In this document: positions 56,032-64,000 of the stretch, piece after piece
Position numbering within the stretch: position 1 is the first letter of the stretch
How the letters are laid out: the number at the start of each line of letters is the position of its first letter
DNA from: an uncultured delta proteobacterium
GTDB lineage: Bacteria; Desulfobacterota; RBG-13-43-22
Direction: 5' to 3'
Length of the DNA: 64,000 nt
NCBI GenBank assembly: GCA_963843145.1
Contig: CAWJJC010000028.1
Location: forward strand, 448,001-512,000
Program-made: the position numbers and the translations under genes
Notes under the pieces: model-generated
Seen by the model: only the letters and a program-made list of their open reading frames with translations
Database searches by the model: none
Told to the model about the DNA's origin: nothing

Positions 56032-56874
56032 TTAATTCTTATACCCAACGATAATGGACTGGAAACCGTCGTGTGCCAATCGCTTGGCCATTTTTTCCGA
56101 CTCCTCCCGGCTCTTGAAGGGACCGATCCGCACCCGGTACCACAGGCCGCCTTTGGCGGGAAGGTTTTTAACAATTATCTGGGCCTGATAGCCTTTCCCG
56201 GACAACCGTTGGATCACGGTCTGGGCTGTCGCTTCTTCGCGATAGGCTCCTAATTGCAGAACGAAGTCCCCGGTCGGCGCCGCCGCGGTCTTGGGCGGCT
56301 CGGCTATCTTCTTCTCCGCTGGGGCCGGCGTTTTGCCCAGAACCGGTTCCGCAGGTTTAGGGGCGGCGGCTTTGGGCGTCTCCGATATCTTTTTTCCCAG
56401 GGGGTGGAGCGCCGGTGCCTGGCTTCCCGCCGTTGGCGCAGGCTTGATCGCCGGCGGGTGCGTTTCCAGCGCTTTCGGCGCCTCCGCTGAGGCTTTGGTT
56501 TCCTGTGGAGAAGTGGTGGTCGGGGGAAGGGTAGGCTGGGGCACCTTCATGACCAGGGGTTCCTGGGTTTTTTTGGAGAGGTGATCGTAAAAATCCAGTT
56601 GCGGTTTCAAAATTGGGTCGGAAGCAGTGGTTTTCCCCTGCTCGACTCCCAAGTATTTATCCATCAGGCTCTTTTTTTCCTGCTGGAGTTTCTGAATCTG
56701 GGTCTTCATGGCCGAGGTGATTGTGTCGGCCACGATCCCCCGGCCGACGATAATGCCCAGGATAAACACCCAGGCTAGTACAAACAAAACCGCGGCGATG
56801 CTGACCAGCAACTGGGTCCGACTCATCTCAATAAAAAAGCGCTTTCGGCGGTTATAGGGTTGTGGTTGGGCCAT
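56032..56874 (-). CDS. SPOR-domain cell division protein (FtsN/DedD-like)
   Basis: N-terminal TM, Pro/Ala-rich linker, FVLQLGAY..WYRVRIGPF. Follows argS. Confidence 0.85.
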   Translation of the reverse strand: MAQPQPYNRRKRFFIEMSRTQLLVSIAAVLFVLAWVFILGIIVGRGIVADTITSAMKTQIQKLQQEKKSLMDKYLGVEQGKTTASDPILKPQLDFYDHLSKKTQEPLVMKVPQPTLPPTTTSPQETKASAEAPKALETHPPAIKPAPTAGSQAPALHPLGKKISETPKAAAPKPAEPVLGKTPAPAEKKIAEPPKTAAAPTGDFVLQLGAYREEATAQTVIQRLSGKGYQAQIIVKNLPAKGGLWYRVRIGPFKSREESEKMAKRLAHDGFQSIIVGYKN

Positions 56875-56928
56875 AATCGGTTTTTCTCCTAAGAGGATAG
56901 CGCAGATGGAAAGTACGCGCGATTTTCG

Positions 56929-58578
56929 CTACATTTTATCAGGGGCTTCCACTCCCAAGATCAACAGGGCGTTTTTTATTACCAAGCCGGTGGCTTTGGC
57001 CAACAGGAGTCGGGCCTGGGTCAATTCCTGGTCATCGCTGATAAACCGCTGATGGTTGTAATACTGGTGAAACATCCCGGCCAGTTCACCTAGATAGGCG
57101 GTCAGGCGGTGGGGTTCCAGGTTCATGGCGGCCTGAAAAATGATCTCCGGGTATTCGGTCAACTGTTTGCAGAGCCCCCGTTCTTCCGGCAGGTCCAGCC
57201 GGTGCAGGCTGTTGAAGCCCAGCGGGTTGCTGTCCAGACCTTGCGACTCAGCGACCCGCAGCACGCTTTGGACCCGGGCATGAGCATACTGAACGTAATA
57301 GACCGGGTTTTCCAGGCCTTGTTTCTTGGCCACTTCCAGGTCAAAATCCAAAGGGCTGTCGGACCGGCGCGTTAAGAAGATGTAGCGGGCGGCGTTTTTG
57401 CCCACTTCGTCGATGACCTCCCGCAAGGTGACAAATTCCCCGGCCCGGGTGGACATGGCCACCGGTTTGCCCTCCCGCAGGAGATTGACCAGTTGAACCA
57501 GGACCACGGTCAAACGCTCGGGATCGATCTGTCGGCTTTTTAAGGCGGCCTTGATCCGGGGTACATACCCGTGGTGATCCGCCCCCCAGATATCGATGAC
57601 CCGGTCGAAGCCCCGGTCGAACTTCTGGAGGTGATAGGTGATGTCCGAGGCGAAGTAGGTTTTGGCCCCATTGGAGCGGACCACGACCCGATCTTTTTCG
57701 TCTCCGAAGGCGCTACTTTTGAACCACAAGGCGCCCTCTTCCTGGTAAAACAAACCTCGGTCCCGCATCTCCCGGATCAGCTCATCGACCAAACCTTGGG
57801 TATAGAGACTTTCCTCGCTGAACCAGCAGTCGAAAGGGATCCCAAAGCGGTCCAGGTCTTCTTTAATCCCGGCCAGGATTTTTTCCCGGCCTTGCTGAGA
57901 AAAAAAAGTCAGATCCGCTTGGGTCCATTCTTTGTTTTCCTGGATAATTTCCCGGGCGATTTCTTTAATATACTCCCCCTGATAACCGTTTTCTGGAAAT
58001 TCCACCGGCTCCCCGTTCAATTCCCGGGCCCGGGTCTGGATGGAACGGCCCAGGGTCTCCATCTGGGTGCCCACGTCGTTCAGGTAATATTCGGTCTCCA
58101 CCGCGTGTCCGGTGGCCCTCAAGAGGTTGGCCAAGGCCCCGCCCAGGGCCGCACCCCGGCCGTGGCCGATATGCAGGGGGCCGGTGGGATTGGCGCTCAC
58201 GAATTCCACCTGAATCTTTTGTCCCGCACCCCAAGCGGCCTGGCCAAAAGAGGCTCCGTCCCGGATAATGAGCGGCAGGGTTTCCTGGAAGGCCTGATCC
58301 TTCAGGTAGAAATTAATAAATCCGGGTTTGGCCACCTCCACCCGGTCCAGCCAGGTCAGGTTGTCAGGGATTTGCCGGACAAGTTCCTCAGCGATTTGCA
58401 AAGGCGATCGCTTCATTACCTTGGCCAAACCCATGGCCACATTGGTGGCATAATCGCCATATTGCGCATTTTTGGGTATGGAAAAAAGCACCGGAACGGT
58501 TTCCAGGGACTCCGGGCCTCCTGGACCGCCGATCTGTTTTAAGGCGTTCCGGATCAGTTCAACCAGTTGCTCACGCAA
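56929..58578 (-). CDS. argS: Arginine--tRNA ligase
   Basis: GDYATN, GFINF, EFVSANPTGPLHIGHGR, WGADHHGY, MSTRAG, YVQYAHAR. Confidence 0.97.
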   Translation of the reverse strand: MREQLVELIRNALKQIGGPGGPESLETVPVLFSIPKNAQYGDYATNVAMGLAKVMKRSPLQIAEELVRQIPDNLTWLDRVEVAKPGFINFYLKDQAFQETLPLIIRDGASFGQAAWGAGQKIQVEFVSANPTGPLHIGHGRGAALGGALANLLRATGHAVETEYYLNDVGTQMETLGRSIQTRARELNGEPVEFPENGYQGEYIKEIAREIIQENKEWTQADLTFFSQQGREKILAGIKEDLDRFGIPFDCWFSEESLYTQGLVDELIREMRDRGLFYQEEGALWFKSSAFGDEKDRVVVRSNGAKTYFASDITYHLQKFDRGFDRVIDIWGADHHGYVPRIKAALKSRQIDPERLTVVLVQLVNLLREGKPVAMSTRAGEFVTLREVIDEVGKNAARYIFLTRRSDSPLDFDLEVAKKQGLENPVYYVQYAHARVQSVLRVAESQGLDSNPLGFNSLHRLDLPEERGLCKQLTEYPEIIFQAAMNLEPHRLTAYLGELAGMFHQYYNHQRFISDDQELTQARLLLAKATGLVIKNALLILGVEAPDKM

Positions 58579-58874
58579 AATAATACCTTCTCCTTACGTC
58601 TAATATTCCTCACCCCTCTTTTCCTATGGGAGGGATTTTTGAAGAATTTGAAAAGACTAAAATGCTATAAAACATTTAGTTTAACTATTTTAGCCCTTTT
58701 AGTCAATTCCTTATAGGATTGAACTGTGATTCTATAATTTTCAGTCGATATTTTCTCCCGTTGACAGGCGAAACCAGATATGCTATTTGATCGCTATCCA
58801 TTTAATTTAATTAAAAGAGTGACCCCCCTGAGGGTCCACCGCCCAGTGGATTAAAGATTAAATGGGGCCAACCT

Positions 58875-59567
58875 ATGGTTGAAGAACTGGAATGGCAGAC
58901 CCGAAGAGATCGAATCAATAAAAGCTGGTTTACGGAGAATCCCATTAACATTGAGCGATTGCGGATTTATCAGCGGGAGGCTATCCAGGCCACCGAATCC
59001 GCAATCGCCAAAGGAAAAAGGGCCTTGCTTCTGGCCATGGCCACCGGGACCGGAAAAACCTTTCTCACGGTGGCCCAAATCTACCGCCTCCTGGAATCCA
59101 AAGCTTTTCGCCGTATTCTCTTTCTGGTTGATCGAAGAGCTTTGGCCGCCCAGGCCGTCCGGGAATTCGCTTCCTTCAAGGCCCCTAAAGGCAACAAATT
59201 CAGTCAGGAATATGAGGTCTTTAGTCAAAAATTCCGGCGTGAGGACTTTGAAGACGACAAACCTTTTGATCCCGGGAAAAAGAACGGGGCCAATGAGGTC
59301 ATCCAAACCCGTGTCGTCTCGGTGGGCCTGATGAATAAGACACAAGTCCATCCCCGGGAGGTCTTTGCCGACCCAATAACCGATCGGGCCTCGGCGGTCA
59401 TCGTCGCTCACAATCATCCGGCCGGCGGAACATCCCCCAGTCAGGAGGATAGGAAAGTGACCCAACAACTGAAAGCCGCGGGAGAGACACTCGGTATTCG
59501 CCTTCTGGATCATATTATTTTTGACCAAAAGGGCTATTAAAGCTTTCTGGGAAAAGGGGAGATCTAA
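58875..59567 (+). pseudogene. Chimeric remnant: type I restriction subunit R (HsdR, DEAD-box part) joined to the RadC JAB domain
   Basis: EWQTRRDRI, then directly LRIYQREAI, AMATGTGKT, ILFLVDRRAL; after ~59280 VHPREVF, AHNHP, S.ED, LLDHII. TAA at 59538 precedes in-frame SFLGKGEI*. Confidence 0.8.
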
Positions 59568-60205
59568 AAGTCGGTTTTTGCTTCTTCATCCAAAACGGCT
59601 CGGATGGATTCGGCGGAAATCCGGCCTATCCCCTCCACGCGCATCAATTCGCTAATGGTGGCGTTCATAATTTTGGCAATGGAACCAAAATGCTCCAGCA
59701 GCCTCTTCGCCATAGTGGGCCCCACTTGGGGAAATCCTTGGAGGATGTATAATTGCCTCGATTTCAGCCTTTTCGGCCGATAGCCTCCGCGTAGAGGAAC
59801 TACGTCCTGGCCGCTTTCCTCCTGTCCTCCCAGCATTAGAAAAATATCCCTGGTCTCTTCTTTGGAGTTGGAGAAGATGACGGGAACATACCAGATTGCC
59901 TTGGTGGATAAAAGGGCCCCCTTGATCGCCTGAGGATCAAAAGCCAGGTCAGTTTTATAGGGATTGCCCTCGATCAGCAGCAGGGGGCGTGAACAATATT
60001 TTTTCAGGTTGGAGAGCTGTTTGAACAAACGATCGTCAATAATGGAAATCAGAAAATCTCTGGCCGTCTTTCTTTCGATGGTGATCGCTTCATTGATAAT
60101 ATAATCGCCACAGCGAAGCTTTCCAATTTCAAGGCTAAGCTCCGCTTGCTGGAGCAGATCGACCAGCCCGGAAGCCCGTTCACGAAAATCCATTCGAATC
60201 TTCAT
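59564..60205 (-). CDS. ERCC4/XPF-type nuclease with HhH domain
   Basis: MDFRE, GDYII, IERKTARDF (ERKxxxD), LLIEG, PQVGP, VEGIG. Likely ATG 60205. Confidence 0.85.
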   Translation of the reverse strand: MKIRMDFRERASGLVDLLQQAELSLEIGKLRCGDYIINEAITIERKTARDFLISIIDDRLFKQLSNLKKYCSRPLLLIEGNPYKTDLAFDPQAIKGALLSTKAIWYVPVIFSNSKEETRDIFLMLGGQEESGQDVVPLRGGYRPKRLKSRQLYILQGFPQVGPTMAKRLLEHFGSIAKIMNATISELMRVEGIGRISAESIRAVLDEEAKTDF

Positions 60206-60281
60206 TATTATTATGGAAAGCAAGATTAAGGCCAACCTCCCTTCCTCGCGCCGGATGACCGGGCAAGGATGAAAATTCAAG

Positions 60282-60403
60282 TTCCCCTACCTCTCAATCG
60301 TTCGACTGAGCAGTTCGGCCCTGAGCCTTTTCGACAAGCTCAAGGCCCTGAGTTCAAAGCCGAAGGGCTCACGACGAAGTCCCCTCCCACCAGGGGAGAG
60401 GAA
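60282..60403. repeat. Nested REP-like cluster (CCCCTC..GGGGAGAGG host with TTCGAC/CTGAGC inserts)
   Basis: Host TTCCCCTACCTCTCAATC...CCCTCCCACCAGGGGAGAGGAA, interrupted by GTTCGACTGAGC..TCACGACGAAGT and TTCGACAAGCTCAAGGCCCTGAG..GCCGAAGGGC. Confidence 0.7.
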
Positions 60404-60650
60404 GACCAAGGATTTATGGGTGTATTGTGAGTCCTTTTGGCTTGATAGTTTTCAGAGTAGGCTTATCCCGCCTATAATAGGATGCCAAAACAAGTGAACT
60501 TTATGCTCACCAGAGTGATCAGTCTGTTTCCGATTTCTTCTGTTCCCGTTACTTTCTTAGCCATTTAATCGTTTTTTGTTGTGGTCTGCTTTTTGAAATA
60601 GAAAAGAGAAAACCAGGGCCTGGGGGCCCACTAAAGAAAGGAGAGCAGGC

Positions 60651-60842
60651 ATGGCGATTTATGATTTGATCTGGAAAGAAGGGGAGGACAAAAGCGGAAA
60701 GGCCCGTTGGTCGAAAGTTGGAATCCTGATGGAAAAAGGGGACGGTAAAAAGTCGGTCAAGCTGACTACCCTTCCGGTAGGGAACTGGGACGGCTGGCTG
60801 GTGGTGTCGGAAAGGAAGGAGAGGGACGATCCGCACTTTTAA
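60651..60842 (+). CDS. Small beta-rich protein resembling phage/plasmid minimal ssDNA-binding proteins
   Basis: AAAGGAGAG RBS; KARWSKVG..SVKL..LP..WDGWL; acidic-aromatic tail DDPHF. Followed by a hairpin. Confidence 0.6.
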   Translation: MAIYDLIWKEGEDKSGKARWSKVGILMEKGDGKKSVKLTTLPVGNWDGWLVVSERKERDDPHF

Positions 60843-60863
60843 TCGACCGTTATCGTCGGGAAA

Positions 60864-60901
60864 TGGAGCGCCCCTGCACCTTTTCCGGATGGGGGCGCTC
60901 C
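60864..60901 (+). terminator. GC-rich hairpin after the 60651 gene
   Basis: GGAGCGCCCC ... GGGGCGCTCC; no clear U-tract. Confidence 0.4.
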
Positions 60902-60953
60902 GGCAGGTGTCCATGGGCCGGTAGGGACTGGTGAAACGGTTAATGAAGAAGAC

Positions 60954-61436
60954 GAACATCGAACATCGAACGTCCAACATCGAACATCGAATGGTTGGTG
61001 GGAAGAGATGAATGAACGGACTTATGATCTGGAGGAAAGGCTGCTCGAGTACTCGGTCAGAATCATAAAAATCGTTGGAAGGCTTCCAAATAATAGGACA
61101 ATCAGCCATATCGCGGGCCAATTGTTAAGATCCGGAACTGCACCATACCCAAACCACGGTGAGGCCCAGGCAGCGGAGTCCCCAAGGGATTTTATCCATA
61201 AGCTTCGTATTTCATTAAAGGAACTTCGGGAGACCCAGAGATGGTTAAAACTTGTTCAGCGGCTACCTCTCATCAAAAGCCCTGAACTACTAAATGCTAT
61301 TCTGGAGGAAACAGAAGAGTTAATCAGGATTTTCGTTGCGAGTATCAAAACGGCTGAAAAGGGACAGAAATAGGTGTCTGGTATTGGATTTTGTTTCATT
61401 CGATGTTGGATGTTGGACGTTCGATGTTCAATGTTC
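60954..61436. mobile_element. Four-helix-bundle cassette bounded by ~40-bp heptameric terminal inverted repeats
   Basis: Left GAACATC GAACATC GAACGTC CAACATC GAACATC GAATG (60954-60993). The reverse complement of 61397-61436 matches at 38/40. Confidence 0.65.
61008..61373 (+). CDS. Four-helix-bundle protein (23S rRNA intervening-sequence protein family)
   Basis: YDLEERL, QLLRSGTA..NHGEAQAAESPRDFIHKL.I.LKELRET..WL. Confidence 0.9.
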   Translation: MNERTYDLEERLLEYSVRIIKIVGRLPNNRTISHIAGQLLRSGTAPYPNHGEAQAAESPRDFIHKLRISLKELRETQRWLKLVQRLPLIKSPELLNAILEETEELIRIFVASIKTAEKGQK

Positions 61437-61441
61437 AAAGT

Positions 61442-62605
61442 CTATTTTTCAGAATCCCTCTTCGAAGCCTTATAAATTCTGGGATTCAGGCGGCCGAGCA
61501 GGCAGAATAATTCGTAAGAGATCGTTCCGGCGCGCCGGGCTAGATTATCGGCCTCCAAGATGTTTCCTCCCTGGCGGCCCAGGAGGACCGCTTCTTCCCC
61601 TACCTGCCAATCTTCATGGGGATCAAGCTTGACGATGGTTAAATTCATGCATATCCGGCCGATTACCGGGAACCGGCGGCCGCGAATGAGGACCTCGGCC
61701 TGGTTGGATAAATGACGGGGATACCCGTTGGCGTACCCGACCGGCAAAATGGCCACCGTCTCCGGCCGGGTGGTCACGTAGGTACTCCCATAACTCACGC
61801 CCATTTTGGGCGGTAATTTTTTAACCTGGATGATCCGCGTCTTGAAGGTCATCACCGGCTGCAGGCCCAGGTCGCGGGTCAGTTGCGGATCGCCGGACGG
61901 GCTGCCGCCATAGAGTCCAATGCCCGGCCGGATGAAATGGAGTTGGGCCGGTGGGCTAAAGAGGGCGGCGGCGCTGTTGGCGGCATGATTGGCGGTCAAG
62001 CGTAGCCCTGCTTCCCGGGCCGTCTCCAGGGCCGCCTGATACCGCTGCCATTGGAGGCGATTATAGGGATGCCCTTTTTCGTCGGCCCGGGCAAAATGAG
62101 AGGTCAGGCCGCTGATCTTCACGTTCTTCAGGCGCCGGGTTTCGGCTAAAAAAGCAGGGAGTTCGGTCCAGAGAACCCCCAATCGTCCCATGCCGGTATC
62201 GACCTTCAGGTGGACCCGGGCCGTGATTTTCCTCCGTCGGGCTTCCCGATTGAGTTCCCGGGCGACCGCCAGGGTGTAAACCACCGGGGTGAGGCGGTGA
62301 TCCAGGCACAGGCCGCACTCTTCCTCCCGGGGACCCAGCAGGATGATGACCGGCGCGGAAGGGCTGACTTTCTTGCGGATCTGAAGTCCTTCCTCCACCG
62401 AAGCCACGCCCAGGGCCGCTGCTTTTAACCGGACTAATTCCTTGCCCACGCGGGTCAGGCCATGACCGTAGGCGTCGGCTTTGACCACGGCCATGATGTC
62501 TGTTTTCAGAGATACACGCCGCCGGATGACCTCAAGATTATGGCCGAGCGAGCTCAGGTCAATTTCAATCCAACCGGTCAGCGAAGGTTTTGAGTTAGAT
62601 TTCAT
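61442..62605 (-). CDS. alr: Alanine racemase
   Basis: MAVVKADAYGHG, HLKVDTGMGRLG, RPGIGLYG, GYANG, GRICM, TISYE. Confidence 0.95.
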   Translation of the reverse strand: MKSNSKPSLTGWIEIDLSSLGHNLEVIRRRVSLKTDIMAVVKADAYGHGLTRVGKELVRLKAAALGVASVEEGLQIRKKVSPSAPVIILLGPREEECGLCLDHRLTPVVYTLAVARELNREARRRKITARVHLKVDTGMGRLGVLWTELPAFLAETRRLKNVKISGLTSHFARADEKGHPYNRLQWQRYQAALETAREAGLRLTANHAANSAAALFSPPAQLHFIRPGIGLYGGSPSGDPQLTRDLGLQPVMTFKTRIIQVKKLPPKMGVSYGSTYVTTRPETVAILPVGYANGYPRHLSNQAEVLIRGRRFPVIGRICMNLTIVKLDPHEDWQVGEEAVLLGRQGGNILEADNLARRAGTISYELFCLLGRLNPRIYKASKRDSEK

Positions 62606-62669
62606 GTCATTCTTTTCCCTGAGCGAATAATGCTTGACAGTTTCAGCCTTTTATCATAGCCTTACCCGT

Positions 62670-63770
62670 ATGAATTTTCGGACAACCCTTCGATTTTGGG
62701 CCATCCTCTGGGCGGCGTTTTTCCTTTTGGCTTTTTCCGCCGGGAGTCAGGCATCACCGACTCCCTTACAACCCCATCCGTCGGCTAAAGTCAAGAAAAA
62801 GTCAATAAAATCTCCGCGGGTCCGCTCCTCAAAAAAGAGGAAGACCGTCAAGATCAGGAAGAGAAAAAAAGCCCGATCAATCGTTAAAAAACCGACAGCG
62901 GAGGCCGCCCTTCCCTTGGTCTCGACGATCCGTCCTCCGGCTAACGTAGACAGTCCCCTTCATGAAGCGGTCGAGCAGGAGATTCGCTACCTGAGAAACA
63001 GCCGGCGTTTGCAAGCGGGCGACGAAATCTCCATTCAAATATTTGATCTGGCGGACAACAAGATGCTGGTGGACATCAAGGGGGACCAGATCCGGAATGC
63101 CGCCAGCGTAATCAAGCCCTATGTGATGCTCGCGGTCTACGAACAGATCGCCCGGCAGGAGTTGAACGAGACGCCGGAAATTACCCGGCAGGTTCACCGG
63201 ATGATTACGGTCAGCGACAACCACGCGACCAACGCCCTGATCCGTCATTTAGGCCAGGGGGATTATCAGCAGGGGATCGTGATCATCAATGCCCTGGTCC
63301 GCAAATACGGATTCCAGCAGACCGTGGTCAGGGAACTCATCCCGGACGGAGGGAAGACCTATGGAAACCGGACTTCCGCCGCGGACGCCACTTTATTTTT
63401 TAAGCTCCTCTATGAACAAAAACTGGTGAATGCCCACTATTCCCAAAAGATGACCGATTTTCTGCTGAAGAACGTCCATCACCGTATCAAGACTCCGCAA
63501 ATCATGCAGGAAGGAGTTGCCGTGGCCGACAAGACCGGGTACGTTCGCGGTTTAAACGCGGATTGCGGGATCGTTTACCAGAAAAATCAAGAAGGTAAGG
63601 GACATGACTATGTCCTTTCCATCTTTATCGAAAACAAGGACCGTCCGCCTGACGGAGGCTGGGGTCGCCGTAAGAGTGCGGTGATTCGTTACCTTTCAGA
63701 CCGCATTTATCTTAATTTGAAAACCTGTACCGCCAAAGTATCTAATCCTACGCTAAAGGATAACTCCTAA
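62670..63770 (+). CDS. Serine hydrolase, class A beta-lactamase-like fold, with Lys/Arg-rich N-terminal linker
   Basis: Signal peptide; AASVIK (SxxK), SDN, DKTG motifs. Confidence 0.8.
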   Translation: MNFRTTLRFWAILWAAFFLLAFSAGSQASPTPLQPHPSAKVKKKSIKSPRVRSSKKRKTVKIRKRKKARSIVKKPTAEAALPLVSTIRPPANVDSPLHEAVEQEIRYLRNSRRLQAGDEISIQIFDLADNKMLVDIKGDQIRNAASVIKPYVMLAVYEQIARQELNETPEITRQVHRMITVSDNHATNALIRHLGQGDYQQGIVIINALVRKYGFQQTVVRELIPDGGKTYGNRTSAADATLFFKLLYEQKLVNAHYSQKMTDFLLKNVHHRIKTPQIMQEGVAVADKTGYVRGLNADCGIVYQKNQEGKGHDYVLSIFIENKDRPPDGGWGRRKSAVIRYLSDRIYLNLKTCTAKVSNPTLKDNS

Positions 63771-63773
63771 ACG

Positions 63774-64000
63774 TTATTCGTTAGAAGAGCCGATCCAGTC
63801 ATAGACTCCGCTCAAGGTTTTTTCCAGCAGGTCGGGTTGGTTTCCGCCGGCCTGAGCCATATCCGGCCGGCCTCCTCCGTCACCCCCCAACGCCTGGGCC
63901 AACCTTTTAACAATCTTGCCGGCATGAAACCGGGGCAGAAGATCTTTGGTGACTACCGCCACCAGCAGAACTTTCTCCCCTTGAACCCCGCCCAAAATAA
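63774..64000 (-). CDS. alaS: Alanine--tRNA ligase, 3' end (DHHA1 domain; partial at window edge)
   Basis: [31 protein letters not shown]. Confidence 0.8.
   Translation of the reverse strand, partial: ILGGVQGEKVLLVAVVTKDLLPRFHAGKIVKRLAQALGGDGGGRPDMAQAGGNQPDLLEKTLSGVYDWIGSSNE

Noticed and set aside
60954-61436. Diversity-generating retroelement (Avd-like gene)
   Set aside because: No reverse transcriptase and no TR/VR pair in the window.
62670-63770. Bona fide antibiotic-resistance beta-lactamase
   Set aside because: It has SxxK/SDN/KTG but no clear class A omega-loop ExxLN. More likely a cell-wall serine hydrolase beside alr.

Overview
64 kb of a mid-GC anaerobic bacterial chromosome. Gene content and order (porCDAB, argS-SPOR-GNAT-secA-argJ, class II nrdJ, many sensor kinases) point to Desulfobacterota; this is an inference. 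The core backbone has ybaB-recR, ilvB-ilvN, a four-subunit pyruvate:ferredoxin oxidoreductase, tRNA-Asn, a liv ABC operon, nrdJ with tandem NrdR-like boxes, ade, argJ, secA, argS, alr and the 3' end of alaS. Accessory pieces are interspersed. (i) Immediately after tRNA-Asn, a small GIY-YIG nuclease gene is bracketed by two 60-bp direct repeats. Their core motif (TTCGAC..GCTCA / TGAGC..GTCGAA) also starts at the tRNA 3' GCCA and is found inserted inside unrelated palindromic repeats elsewhere in the window. (ii) An XRE + AlbA_2/Schlafen-HATPase + ParA-like cassette, a candidate defence module. (iii) A four-helix-bundle gene enclosed by ~40-bp heptameric inverted repeats, plus several empty elements of similar architecture. 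(iv) Two unrelated secreted proteins sharing a VYLPLI-x-K tag, one of them the small partner of a fibre-like surface protein. (v) A radical SAM-ogt fusion whose junction is an A_AAA_AAG slippery site. (vi) At least six genes with internal deletions, truncations or chimeric junctions (chrB/MFS, HsdR/RadC, a hybrid kinase, an MBL hydrolase, a four-helix-bundle suffix gene, a small C-terminal remnant). No CRISPR array, integrase, transposase or rRNA was seen. All family calls come from reading motifs by eye; no database searches were run.
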